Notes under the pieces: model-generated
Told to the model about the DNA's origin: nothing
The model's database searches: none
What the model saw: the letters and a program-made list of their open reading frames with translations, nothing else
Program-made: the position numbers and the translations under genes
IMG/VR virus record: IMGVR_UViG_3300048577_000131
Location: 1 to 44,477 of that record
Reading direction: 5' to 3' (one strand)
Source of the DNA: a virus
Lineage: Duplodnaviria > Caudoviricetes
DNA: 44,477 nt
Shown: positions 7,367 to 16,550 of the stretch, piece after piece
How positions within the stretch are numbered: the stretch's first letter is position 1
Layout: each line of letters begins with the position of its first letter

Positions 7367-7639
7367 ATGGCCCGTACAGACCCTCAGTTCAACCTTCGCA
7401 TCCCCATTGACCTCAAGGTGAAGGTGGAGGAAGCGGCAAAAGCCAACGGCCGCTCAGCCACATCAGAAATCCTCGCCAGGCTGGAACAGTCCTTCGCCAT
7501 CGCGGACTCGCCGGAGAAGGAAATTCACCTTTCCCGTATGCAGCTCAACGAGTTGGTGCAGTCCATCACGGACCAGGTCGCCTCGCACTTGGCCGGCGCA
7601 CCTGAGGCGTTGGGGCGCACGCCCAAGAAGGGCAAGTAG
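7367..7639 (+). CDS. Mnt/Arc-family repressor divergent from arc
   Basis: MARTDPQFNLRIP...NGRSATSEILARL; TACGAT -10 six nt before ATG. Confidence 0.88.
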   Translation: MARTDPQFNLRIPIDLKVKVEEAAKANGRSATSEILARLEQSFAIADSPEKEIHLSRMQLNELVQSITDQVASHLAGAPEALGRTPKKGK

Positions 7640-7698
7640 CGTCCGCAGCCCCAGAGCGCCCGATTCTGACCAGCTGGCAACCCTGAAGCGTTACGCTA

Positions 7699-7727
7699 TT
7701 GTCACAGTCCCATTTTGGGACTATGGT
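7699..7727 (+). promoter_or_regulatory. higBA promoter with embedded palindromic operator
   Basis: TTGTCA-N17-TATGGT; AGTCCCA-TTT-TGGGACT at 7706-7722. Confidence 0.75.
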
Positions 7728-7734
7728 GGCACCC

Positions 7735-8040
7735 ATGCGAGTCATCGCCCGCTCAACCCTTGAGACCTTCTGGACCATCCATGCCGATACCAAGCAGCCG
7801 CTACAGGCTTGGTACGACGAGGCGTCTGCGGCCAAGTGGAGAAGTCCACAGGACATCAAGGATGTCTACGCTAGTGCAAGCTTTGTTGGCACCAACCGTG
7901 TGGTGTTCAACATCAAAGGCGGCAATTACCGCCTGATCGCTGCAGTTGCTTACAACTACCAGGCCGTCTACATCAAATTTATCGGCACCCATGCCGAGTA
8001 CGACAAGATCGACGCCGCAACGGTGGAGATGAAGCTATGA
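7735..8040 (+). CDS. higB: HigB-family toxin (mRNA interferase)
   Basis: MRVIARSTLETFW, RVVFNIKGGNYRLI, KFIGTHAEYD. Confidence 0.93.
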   Translation: MRVIARSTLETFWTIHADTKQPLQAWYDEASAAKWRSPQDIKDVYASASFVGTNRVVFNIKGGNYRLIAAVAYNYQAVYIKFIGTHAEYDKIDAATVEMKL

Positions 8041-8396
8041 ATATTCGCCCTATCCGTACCCATGCCGACTACGAGGCTTCCCTACAGGAAGCCTCGTATT
8101 TCTTCGACCACGAACCCGCCCCTGGCACCGAGGATGGCGACAAGTTTGAGATCCTGATCACCCTGATCGAGTCTTACGAAGCCAAGCACTACCCGATTGA
8201 AGCACCCGATCCCGTCGAGGCGATCAAGTTCCGTATGGAGCAATCCGGCCTGACGGCGAAGGATCTGGTTCCCAGCATCGGCCAGCAGAACCGCGTTTAT
8301 GAGGTTCTGAGCGGCAAGCGTGAGTTGACCCTGCCGATGATCAGAAGGCTGCACAGGAATCTTGGTATCCCAGTCGAAAGCCTCGTCGGTGCCTGA
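8037..8396 (+). CDS. higA: HigA-family antitoxin (HTH)
   Basis: IRPIRTHADY, PDPVEAIKFRMEQSGL, EVLSGKRELTLPMIRRL; ATGA overlap with higB. Confidence 0.93.
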   Translation: MNIRPIRTHADYEASLQEASYFFDHEPAPGTEDGDKFEILITLIESYEAKHYPIEAPDPVEAIKFRMEQSGLTAKDLVPSIGQQNRVYEVLSGKRELTLPMIRRLHRNLGIPVESLVGA

Positions 8397-8414
8397 TCCC
8401 ACAGATGTTCAACG

Positions 8415-8447
8415 CAAAGCCCCGCCTAGTGCGGGGCTTTGTTGTTT
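8415..8447 (+). terminator. Intrinsic terminator after higA
   Basis: CAAAGCCCCGC-CTAGT-GCGGGGCTTTG followed by TTGTTT. Confidence 0.8.
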
Positions 8448-8461
8448 GGTAGCTTTGGGCC

Positions 8462-8815
8462 ATGGGCCTCCTCATCGCCGCGCTAACTGTGTGGGACTAC
8501 GTGCTGGCGTATGCAGGCGGTGCGCTCTTCCTATACGCAGGGTTGGTTCTTCTGCCCAAGGGCATACGGCAATTCCTGCTATTCCTCTGGAAGACCATGC
8601 CCAATGGCCGGATCAAGTCATTTCTGTTCAGGTGGCGAGGCCGACCTGACCACTCCATGATCGACCCCCGCGATCCGTGGGTACAGGCTCAGTGGATCAA
8701 AAAGCCCCAACAGCGCACCAACCGCATCAACGCACCCGCAGAATTCATCCCGGGGGAGCGCGTCGACCAGCCTAGAAGCGGAACTCATCAGCAGGGACCG
8801 GAGTCCCGCCAATGA
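8462..8815 (+). CDS. Small membrane protein at the sieA-like position
   Basis: Hydrophobic N-terminal half; convergent with and overlapping the ejection gene; extended -10 TGGTAGCTT six nt before ATG. Confidence 0.6.
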   Translation: MGLLIAALTVWDYVLAYAGGALFLYAGLVLLPKGIRQFLLFLWKTMPNGRIKSFLFRWRGRPDHSMIDPRDPWVQAQWIKKPQQRTNRINAPAEFIPGERVDQPRSGTHQQGPESRQ

Positions 8816-10760
8816 TGTCGATCTCCAGCGGCTGCTGGGTCTGAATCGCCGAGCGCGTCCCTGCCGTACCCAATTGGCTGGCCGCCTTCGTGAAGGTCAG
8901 CACCGCCTCCTCGCGGAACTCCGGCGGAACGCGGGCAAGGATCTCCGCCGCCCTGTACGGATCGAGCATCGCCTCTGACACCAGCATCGCCACTCGCTCG
9001 CCGGCGCGCTTACGCAGGTCGGAGATGTAGCCAGCGGCAACGCCCCGCGTGGGATCAGCCAGAGCAAGCATTCGTTCGCCACCCTCACCCACCGCGTCCT
9101 TCAACGTGTCGATGCCGGCAATGTTGGTTGCGGTGTCGCTGCCTCGAGTCTTGCCCGCGTCCAGCGTGCGAAGCTGGCGCTCCAAGTCCCGGCGTACCGC
9201 ATCTACCGCCTCCTTCTGCGGCTGGTCCAGCATGGCATCGGCGGTGGCCCCCTTGAAGCCGGGGTTCACCCTACGGGCGAGGGGATCGAGATTGCCAGCG
9301 GCACGCAGGAACCCGGAGTTCAGGACGGGGTTCTCTGCAACGTCACGCACGGAATTTGACCGGCCGAGCAGGAGCGCGCCGAGATCAACCTGGTTGGCCT
9401 GCCGCGAGGAGGCGGCGTAGTCCGTCAGGAACTGGCGCCACGCCGGGAAGGAAGCGGCCATCTGGTCGTCCAGCATGTCCCGCACCTGCCCCAGCTGCCC
9501 GGCCGCCAGCTTTGCGCTGGCACGACCATCCAAGCGGCCTGACCGCAGGTAGTCGATCGTCTGCCGGACCAGATGGGCGTCGCCAACCGTGTTGATCCGG
9601 TCCAACTCTCCGGACACGTCACCCAGGGCTTCGCGCACCGTTCGGGAGGCCCCGAACCGCTGTGCAAGCTCGGACAGCCCCTGCTTCACTGGTGCAACGT
9701 CCACCGGGATGTCCTCGATGGGCGCCAGCGTCCGGCTCGCCGCGGCATCTCGCGCTGTCCTGATCGCGTCGGAGGACGCCGCGTCGGCACCGCCAAACAC
9801 GTCGGTCAGCAGCCTCGTGCGTGCCGCGTTGTTCGCGGAATGCCGTTCGTTCAGCAGGGTATCGAATCGTCCAACCTTCGCCGTCGCCAAGGTCTTCTGC
9901 AGGTCGGCCAGCCCGATATCGCCTGCCAGCTCGGCAGTGGTCGGGAGAGAGCCGGGTACGATCTCCCTAGCCGTCTGCCCAGTGAGCGCGCGGAACAGCG
10001 CATTCGGATCTTGGGCGTAGTCCATGATGACGCGACCGGCCTGCGACTCAGCGGCAGCCCGACGCGCAGCAGGGAGCAATGCAGCCACCCTCGAAAGCAG
10101 GGCGCCGGATTTGTTCAACGCCCCGGTGATCGCGCCGCCGGCAACGCCGCCGAAAGCAGCGTTCAGCGAACGGCTCTCCCCACTGGCAACAGGCTGCAGA
10201 GTGCCAAGGAATGCCCCTTGGAGAGCATTGGCGCCTATGGACTTCGGCAGGAACGCAGCGACGGTTGAAGGTGTCTTGGCCGCAGTGCCCGCGATACCGC
10301 CGGCCGCAATTGGCGCAAGGGAGCCGATGACGTTCCCCGCCATACCCGCGCCTGTGCTCATCAAATCCTGATCACCGGCCCGGCGCTCATCGATGTGAGC
10401 CTGTAGCTTGCGCTGCGGGGTGAGGAGGATGTCCTTGGCCTGAGCCGCGGCCTGCGGGTTCACGCCCGAGAACACATCAGCCAGTGCAGGGATGGGCCGG
10501 CTGGCCTGATCCACCAGCGCCTGCGCCGTGCCTTCGCCCCAGTCGACCAGCGCCTTGCCGATACCAGCGCGGAAGCGGTCCAGGCCGCTCATGCTGTCGG
10601 TGACGCGCGGAACGGGCTCTGGCTGCTGCGCCGCTGCCGGCTGCTGCCCTTGGATACGCCGGATCTCGTCGGCGATGACCTTGGCGGCTTCGGTGTCGCC
10701 TGCAGCGTCAGCACGCTCCAGCTTCCCGAACAGCTCATCGACGGTATAGGTGGCTGCCAT
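8772..10760 (-). CDS. Large internal virion/DNA ejection protein
   Basis: 662 aa Ala/Gly-rich helical protein; last of the ejection cluster; TGATG coupling. Confidence 0.75.
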   Translation of the reverse strand: MAATYTVDELFGKLERADAAGDTEAAKVIADEIRRIQGQQPAAAQQPEPVPRVTDSMSGLDRFRAGIGKALVDWGEGTAQALVDQASRPIPALADVFSGVNPQAAAQAKDILLTPQRKLQAHIDERRAGDQDLMSTGAGMAGNVIGSLAPIAAGGIAGTAAKTPSTVAAFLPKSIGANALQGAFLGTLQPVASGESRSLNAAFGGVAGGAITGALNKSGALLSRVAALLPAARRAAAESQAGRVIMDYAQDPNALFRALTGQTAREIVPGSLPTTAELAGDIGLADLQKTLATAKVGRFDTLLNERHSANNAARTRLLTDVFGGADAASSDAIRTARDAAASRTLAPIEDIPVDVAPVKQGLSELAQRFGASRTVREALGDVSGELDRINTVGDAHLVRQTIDYLRSGRLDGRASAKLAAGQLGQVRDMLDDQMAASFPAWRQFLTDYAASSRQANQVDLGALLLGRSNSVRDVAENPVLNSGFLRAAGNLDPLARRVNPGFKGATADAMLDQPQKEAVDAVRRDLERQLRTLDAGKTRGSDTATNIAGIDTLKDAVGEGGERMLALADPTRGVAAGYISDLRKRAGERVAMLVSEAMLDPYRAAEILARVPPEFREEAVLTFTKAASQLGTAGTRSAIQTQQPLEIDIIGGTPVPADEFRF

Positions 10761-11869
10761 CAGTACTTGTCCAGGAGGGATTGGCGGCGGACATCCTGCG
10801 GCGTCGATTCGCCACTGAAGATGGCCCCGGCCGCATTGGGCGCCAAAGCCATCCCCGATCGCTCAGGGCCGAGGCCAGCCGAAATAGCCTCCAGCGCGGT
10901 TTCGCGCGCTCGCGCCTTCTGCTTCAGCGTCGCGTCGGAGTCGCCGGGTTGCGGCAGGTACATGCGCCCGTAGATGTCGAACTCCTGCCCCGTGATGGCT
11001 GCCCCCGTGTCCTTGCGCAGGATCGCCGACAAGAACTCCTGACCGGCCTGTTCTGCCTGCTGCCGTTCCGAGGAAACGATGCCGTTCACCACAGGGGAGT
11101 TTCCAATGAACGGCAGTCCTCGCAGAGCCACGTCGGCAGTGCCACGAAGCTTGCCCTGCTGGCCGCCGGTGGCCGTCATGTTGGGCGCGAGCGTGCCGAG
11201 GAGCTTGTTTGCCGCCGCGCCACGTCGCAGGTAAACGATGTCCTTGGATTGCCCTTCGGTCAGCTTCAGGCCACCGCCAGCGCCAGCAGACGACCCGCTC
11301 GGGTTCCACTGCCCGCGTCGTTGCAGGTCGAACTGCTGCTGAGCAATGCCAAGGCGCCCCAGAGAAGATTGAGCACTGGCACGAGAGGCCGCGGCAGCGG
11401 CATCATCTTTGCGGATTCCCGCCAGGCCCTGCGCAGTAGTCTCTACGCCACCACCACCGGTCAGGTACTGGTTGTTGATCAGGTTCTGTCCCTGCACGGC
11501 CGCCAGTTGAACAGGCTTTCCTTCAAGCGCCGCAAGCAGGGCATTGCGAGTGTCCCAATCGGTTGCTTCGGCTGCCCGCGAACGCAGACCCTGCTGCTGA
11601 ACTTCGCTCTGATAGCCGGAGAACTTCGTCGGATCGACGCCAGCTTCAAACAGCCGGGCAAGGTCACGGGGGCCGCCAAGCGACTGGATGGCATCACCGA
11701 GTCCACGTCGAGCCATCATCTCGCTTCGCTTCTTGGAAGCGTCAAGAAGCAGGTTCTCCACACGCGCAGCCTCCAGCTGCGATCGGCTGTAGGCGCTATC
11801 GCCCCGGCCGAAAGCATCGGCCAAGCTCATGCCGCCTTGGATGAGACGGCTCAGATCGAGGTCAGCCAT
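10760..11869 (-). CDS. Internal virion/ejection protein
   Basis: KLTEGQSKD, FLSAILRKDTGAAIT..E, YLPQPGDS motifs typical of podovirus ejection proteins. Confidence 0.75.
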   Translation of the reverse strand: MADLDLSRLIQGGMSLADAFGRGDSAYSRSQLEAARVENLLLDASKKRSEMMARRGLGDAIQSLGGPRDLARLFEAGVDPTKFSGYQSEVQQQGLRSRAAEATDWDTRNALLAALEGKPVQLAAVQGQNLINNQYLTGGGGVETTAQGLAGIRKDDAAAAASRASAQSSLGRLGIAQQQFDLQRRGQWNPSGSSAGAGGGLKLTEGQSKDIVYLRRGAAANKLLGTLAPNMTATGGQQGKLRGTADVALRGLPFIGNSPVVNGIVSSERQQAEQAGQEFLSAILRKDTGAAITGQEFDIYGRMYLPQPGDSDATLKQKARARETALEAISAGLGPERSGMALAPNAAGAIFSGESTPQDVRRQSLLDKY

Positions 11870-12557
11870 TCATCAGCCCCCACTTCGCCTGCAACTGGCG
11901 ATTCAATGCGTTGTTGGCGTTGCCGAAGTCGGCACCCGCCTTGGTCTGGGTCTGGATCTGCGCCAGGCTTGGCTGGCCCATCCCAGACTGCGCCGCGAAG
12001 CCCGCGCCGGCTCCCATCAGGCTGGAGGCCATATCGACCCAGGGATTGCGCTGGACGCCGCGCAGGCGCAGCTGGGCCAGGTAGTCGTCCGCACGGCTCC
12101 GGCGGCCGATCTGGTCCAGCTCCATCGCCACACGCGCGTCCGCGACACCCTCGCGCTGCCGCTGCTGTGCCGGCGCATCGATGCGGGCCATCAGGTCGGC
12201 AGTCCGTGCGCCGTAGTCGCCGATGCCCAAGGCCGCGTTGTTGGCGTCGACCTGGTATGCACGACTCACCTGCCCCACCTGGCCCAGCCCGCGCTGTGCG
12301 TTGGCCTGAGCCGCGCGCACCTGGTCGAGATACTGGCTGCCGATGGCGGCGCGCTCGTTCTCCGCGCCTTGCGCCGCGCGCTCGCGCATGGCCTCGGCGA
12401 TCGCCTGATCGGCCTCCTGCTGTCGGACGCCCTGCTGCCGGATCTGGCCGGCCAGGATGTTGTCCTGCTTCTTCTGCGTCTGCCGGGTGTTGTAGTAGTT
12501 CGCGCCCGCACTCAGTGCCGTGAGCGCCAGCGGAACCCAAATAGCCTCAGTACCCAT
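11862..12557 (-). CDS. Internal virion/ejection protein
   Basis: Hydrophobic N-terminus, Q/A-rich helix; coupled to neighbours. Confidence 0.7.
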   Translation of the reverse strand: MGTEAIWVPLALTALSAGANYYNTRQTQKKQDNILAGQIRQQGVRQQEADQAIAEAMRERAAQGAENERAAIGSQYLDQVRAAQANAQRGLGQVGQVSRAYQVDANNAALGIGDYGARTADLMARIDAPAQQRQREGVADARVAMELDQIGRRSRADDYLAQLRLRGVQRNPWVDMASSLMGAGAGFAAQSGMGQPSLAQIQTQTKAGADFGNANNALNRQLQAKWGLMNG

Positions 12558-13177
12558 CAGCGGCCCCCAGCGCCGTAGCCGAAGCCCGGCGAGTAGTACA
12601 GGTTGTAGAAGTCCCGGTTCGCCCGGCGCGTTTCGGCCTGGTCACGGCTGGCCTTGGCGATGGTCCCGACGCCCGAGAACAGCTCGCCCAGCGCGTCGGC
12701 GTTGAGCTGCGACCGCGCGCCGGCCAGGTTGTTGCGCAGCGACAGCGCGGCGTTGTTGGCGCCGGTGGTCATGTCCGCGCCCGTCTGCGCCAGCTGGATC
12801 ATGTTCATCCGGCTGGTCTCGTCGGCGTTGCGCAGCTCGTTGGCCGCGCTCTGCGCCAGGCGATCGGCGGTCAGGATGCCCTGCTGGTAGTCCTGACCCA
12901 GCTGCCGGTTGGCGTCGACGGACGCCGAGCCGCCGATCAGCCCGTTTCGCGCCATGGCAAAGCGCAGGCTGCGATCCGCCGCGTCGTGCTGCCGGTCCAG
13001 GTTCTGCCGGTAGAAGCTGCGGCTGGCCGACAGGAAGTCGTTGATGTCGGCCTCGCGCTGAGGGCTGCCGTAGATCTGGTTGATCTGCTGCATCGAACGG
13101 TTGATGTTGGCCTGCCGCAGCCCTTCCTGCTGGGCCGCTTGCTGCGCTGCCTTGTTGGAACCGCCACCGGCGCCCAT
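12557..13177 (-). CDS. Internal virion/ejection protein
   Basis: MGAGGGS start, Q/A-rich, FAMARNGLIGGS motif. Confidence 0.7.
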   Translation of the reverse strand: MGAGGGSNKAAQQAAQQEGLRQANINRSMQQINQIYGSPQREADINDFLSASRSFYRQNLDRQHDAADRSLRFAMARNGLIGGSASVDANRQLGQDYQQGILTADRLAQSAANELRNADETSRMNMIQLAQTGADMTTGANNAALSLRNNLAGARSQLNADALGELFSGVGTIAKASRDQAETRRANRDFYNLYYSPGFGYGAGGR

Positions 13178-13686
13178 TACTCACCCCTCAGCTTCGAGAA
13201 ATGGGCGATGTCCTCGCCCCGCACTCCGAAGTGGCGCCAGACGCCCTCCGGCCGGAATCCCAGCGACCGCTCGAACCACTCGATGGCCTTCTCCCGGGTG
13301 GTGAGGGCGCTGGTCTGCAGGCGATGCGCGCCCGCCTCGTACAGCCGATCCATGAGCCAGCGCGTGGCCTTGGTCATGGCGCGCCACTGCTGGGCCCAGC
13401 CATCCTCGGTGCCGACCATCCAGGCCTGCCACACGCCGGCACCCGCCGGTTGAAAGCCGCCCGCAGCGGCAGGCAGGTTGTCGCCCTGCAGGACGGTGAA
13501 GGCGAATCCCTGCGACTTCTGCGCCGTGTCGATGAAGAACGCCGCGGCAACGTCCGGCGAGAACTCAGCCAGGCCCGTGACGGCCAGGAACTGCGCCTGC
13601 TCGTCCGCGCGCATCCGCTCCGAAAGGAACACCAGATGCGCGGGACGGCAGGGAACGATGTTCGAGGGAAGGCGAGCGGGCAGCAT
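13177..13686 (-). CDS. GNAT-fold phage protein (T7 gp13/P22 gp14 position)
   Basis: RMRADE, AWMVGT, WFERSLGFRPEG motifs; precedes ejection genes. Confidence 0.7.
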   Translation of the reverse strand: MLPARLPSNIVPCRPAHLVFLSERMRADEQAQFLAVTGLAEFSPDVAAAFFIDTAQKSQGFAFTVLQGDNLPAAAGGFQPAGAGVWQAWMVGTEDGWAQQWRAMTKATRWLMDRLYEAGAHRLQTSALTTREKAIEWFERSLGFRPEGVWRHFGVRGEDIAHFSKLRGE

Positions 13687-13692
13687 GGACGT

Positions 13693-13723
13693 ATGCTGCT
13701 GCCCGCCGGAGGGGGTTCAACGG
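13693..13723 (-). promoter_or_regulatory. Putative late promoter (ejection module)
   Basis: CCG-TTGAAC-N16-CAGCAT, six nt before ATG 13686. Confidence 0.6.
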
Positions 13724-13725
13724 AG

Positions 13726-14223
13726 TCAGGACATGCCGCGCAGGTCCTGGAGGTACAGGCCCAGCGCGTTCCACTGCCAGGGCTCGCTGCCGTCGTAGGT
13801 CAGCTTCACTGACAGAGACGGGGCGGCCAACGGCATCGGGATCACCATTCCGGGCACGGTATCCGCTGGCACCGTGTACCCAGGCGTGAACAGGCCGCCG
13901 TTGCTCTGGTCGATGCCGAAGGACACCGACACGGCACCCTCGCCGATGATGTCGAAGCCATACAGCATCTTGGTCACGCCGGGCTGGCCAAACTCGAGCC
14001 ACGGCCACTGGATGATCCCTTCGAACTCTTCGACCTGGCCAGGGGCCACCTCGTCCCCGACCTCGGTGTCGTCCACGAAGTGGATGAAGTCGCCGGAGCG
14101 AAGGTAGAGGCTGTCGCCCGCGATGGCCCAGTCATCCACCACGAACGGCAGCTCGTAGCGGGACCATGCGCCCACCTGCCCCATGCGGGTCATCGAATAG
14201 ACAAAGATCTGCGTACCGTCCAT
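13726..14223 (-). CDS. Tail nozzle/stabilisation protein, C-terminal piece
   Basis: IFVYSM...GAWSRY, QWPWLEFGQPG.TKML.GFD; RBS GGAG inside upstream gene end. Confidence 0.7.
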   Translation of the reverse strand: MDGTQIFVYSMTRMGQVGAWSRYELPFVVDDWAIAGDSLYLRSGDFIHFVDDTEVGDEVAPGQVEEFEGIIQWPWLEFGQPGVTKMLYGFDIIGEGAVSVSFGIDQSNGGLFTPGYTVPADTVPGMVIPMPLAAPSLSVKLTYDGSEPWQWNALGLYLQDLRGMS

Positions 14224-14225
14224 TG

Positions 14226-16550
14226 CTACTCCGCGGTGAGGATGCTGCTCGCGCGAACGAGCCCAGTGGAGGCATCACGGATCTCAAGCAGAGCCCGCGC
14301 GCCCGAGGAAAGCGTGCCGTTCCGGGTCTCGGACAGGCTCTGCCACGTATCGGGGGTGATGTTCGAACTGTCCAGGCTGCCCTCCAGCATGGACACACGC
14401 AGCTCATAGAGCGCGCCGATGCCGAAGACGAGGACCGAGGGAGTGGCCGTTGACCACCACTCGAACATGGGCTCGGCGCCGCTGGTGACCAGCCCCCCGG
14501 TGTTCTCGACAGAGAACTCCCGCGGCGCTGGCACGTCGGCATCGAGCAACCGCACGAAGGCTTGAGCATCCGCGTAGAACGGCCCCTTGCCGTCCAACGT
14601 GAACTCGAGCAGTCCCGCCCAGGTGGTGCTGGTGAAGTAGGACGTGCTGATGTCCCAGCGGGTCTCGCCGCCGGTGGAGGTGCGCGTGCCGAGAATCGGC
14701 GTCGCGTAGTTCCTGTCCAGCTCCATAGTGACGCTCTGGGGAATGACGTCGCCGCGCTCGCCGCCGTCCCAGCCCGGCCGCATCCCCCGATTCTCGCGCG
14801 CAGCAAGGACGCGCAGCACGGAGGCGGACGCGAGCAGCTGGCTCGGGTTTCCCTCGTGGTCCACGAAATTGCTATTGCCCGTGGAGACGATGCTTGCCCC
14901 AATGGGATCGGAGAACTTGCTGGTGGCCACCGCATTGAGCCGGGCGGGCCTGATGACCCAGTTCACGACAATCGTCTCGCCGGAACCCTCGCGCTCGGTC
15001 ACGATCCCCGTTCCCGAGCCGGACGTGACCGGAACTTCCAGGTTGCAGACGAACCGCCCCTCGTCGTTCTGGTTGTAGTAGCTCCGCAGGTCATCAGTGC
15101 GGCCGGTCAAGCTGATCAGCACCGAGTCCTTGGGCGAGGTCAGCCAATCTGGGGCGTTGATGATGTTCCCGAAGAAGAGGGAGACGTTGTCGCTGTAGAA
15201 AACCAAGGTCGGAACCTGCGGGACGGGCGCCGCCTGGGAGAAGGCCAGCCAGTACTGGCCCATCGCCGGGTAGTAGAGGCCCAGCGGTTGGTCGGCGTCG
15301 GCTGCGGCTTCCTGGACCAAGGGATCCACGGGCATGCCCACATCACCTGCCTGGAAGTTGGTGCTGCTCGCCGCAATCCCAACCGTGCGCACGCCCTGGG
15401 AGGCCAGGAAGAACAGGTCGTTGGACACCGGCGCAATGGCGTGGTGCTGGGTGCTTCCCATCGGCAACGCGTCCAGCAGCGCCATGTTGGCCGGGTCCTC
15501 GTCCACCTGCCAGAGCTGGAAGGCCTCGGCGTTGAACACGATCAGGTTGCCGCGGTACAGCCCCATGGCCGTGACCGGGTTCGCCCCGTAGTTCTGCAGG
15601 CCCGTGGGCAGGTAGCCGGCGTCGTTGTCCGTCGACCAATCCAGCGGGTTGACGGTGGCCGAGTAGCGCACGATGTCGTCGTCCCCGCAGAACACCTTGG
15701 ACGCGGCAATGGCCACGATCTTGGTGTTCGGGCAGTTCGGATCCTCCACACGCCGCGAGACGGCCCGCAGGGTGACGGTGCCGTCCTTCACCATGCCGCC
15801 TTCTTCCTCCGGCCACTCCGGTTCCGTTTCGCCGCTGATGTACAGGGGCTCGGCGGTCCACACCACGCGGGTGGCGGCGATCGCCTCCCATGTGACCTCG
15901 TTGTCGACCACCTGCTGCCCGAGGACCGGCGGCCAAGCCGGCTCGCTGGCGTCGGAGAACCCAGACTCGGGCTGCACCGCCTTGTAGGCCAGATCGGCGG
16001 GAAGCCCGGCAAAGGTGCCCTCCACCCACAGGTTGCCTCCCCAGATCGCGTGGTTGTGGTCCGCGACGGACCAGAGCTCGATGCCGGCCCTGCAGTAGGC
16101 CGCGCCTTCAGGACAGATGGCCTCGCAGGTTGAGCGATGGACTGCGCCACCGGCACCGCTGTCCACCTGGTTGCCCTTGTCGATCCTGAGCAGGACGTTG
16201 GAAGCACTGAACCAATGCACCTCCACCCAGCCTCGCGTTGCCCCAGCGATCGAGGCCCCCTGGTCGATCAGGCAGGCAGCCGTGATCTTCTTGCCGACCG
16301 GGACCACCAGCTTCGTCTGGTTCAGCGCGCCGCCGCCGGCCTGGTTGCCCGGCAGTTCGACGTAGGTGCGCCAGCCCCCCTTGGAGACATGCTCGGAGTA
16401 GAAGGCCGAGCCAGTGAAATCCCAGTTGTTCGCCCCATCGGTGAACTCTCCGTTCTCCACGGACGTTGCCGTGGGAGACGGCGCAGTGATGGGAACGACG
16501 ATGTCGCCGGGCTGGTACAGGGTGCCGGATTGCCAGACGGGATACGCCAT
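14226..16550 (-). CDS. Tail nozzle/stabilisation protein, middle piece, with carbohydrate-binding-like N-terminus and extra C-terminal beta domains
   Basis: TAATG start at 16550; EP.WP repeats; propeller-like SKVFC..DIVRYSAT..PLDW, DLFFLASQGVR, GQYWLAF; about 340 aa divergent tail. Confidence 0.75.
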   Translation of the reverse strand: MAYPVWQSGTLYQPGDIVVPITAPSPTATSVENGEFTDGANNWDFTGSAFYSEHVSKGGWRTYVELPGNQAGGGALNQTKLVVPVGKKITAACLIDQGASIAGATRGWVEVHWFSASNVLLRIDKGNQVDSGAGGAVHRSTCEAICPEGAAYCRAGIELWSVADHNHAIWGGNLWVEGTFAGLPADLAYKAVQPESGFSDASEPAWPPVLGQQVVDNEVTWEAIAATRVVWTAEPLYISGETEPEWPEEEGGMVKDGTVTLRAVSRRVEDPNCPNTKIVAIAASKVFCGDDDIVRYSATVNPLDWSTDNDAGYLPTGLQNYGANPVTAMGLYRGNLIVFNAEAFQLWQVDEDPANMALLDALPMGSTQHHAIAPVSNDLFFLASQGVRTVGIAASSTNFQAGDVGMPVDPLVQEAAADADQPLGLYYPAMGQYWLAFSQAAPVPQVPTLVFYSDNVSLFFGNIINAPDWLTSPKDSVLISLTGRTDDLRSYYNQNDEGRFVCNLEVPVTSGSGTGIVTEREGSGETIVVNWVIRPARLNAVATSKFSDPIGASIVSTGNSNFVDHEGNPSQLLASASVLRVLAARENRGMRPGWDGGERGDVIPQSVTMELDRNYATPILGTRTSTGGETRWDISTSYFTSTTWAGLLEFTLDGKGPFYADAQAFVRLLDADVPAPREFSVENTGGLVTSGAEPMFEWWSTATPSVLVFGIGALYELRVSMLEGSLDSSNITPDTWQSLSETRNGTLSSGARALLEIRDASTGLVRASSILTAE

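Noticed and set aside
7706-7722. Resemblance of higBA operator to GTCCCAC/TGGGAC repeats near cII
   Set aside because: Different spacing and symmetry; a 6-bp match is plausibly chance, and HigA autoregulation explains the site.
10781-12523. 580-aa + strand ORF
   Set aside because: Antisense shadow of ejection genes in GC-rich DNA; Arg/Pro-rich, no motifs.
14221-14228. Stop read-through or intein/intron explaining the nozzle split
   Set aside because: The downstream ORF is in another frame and has its own RBS; no intein terminal residues or homing endonuclease motifs seen.
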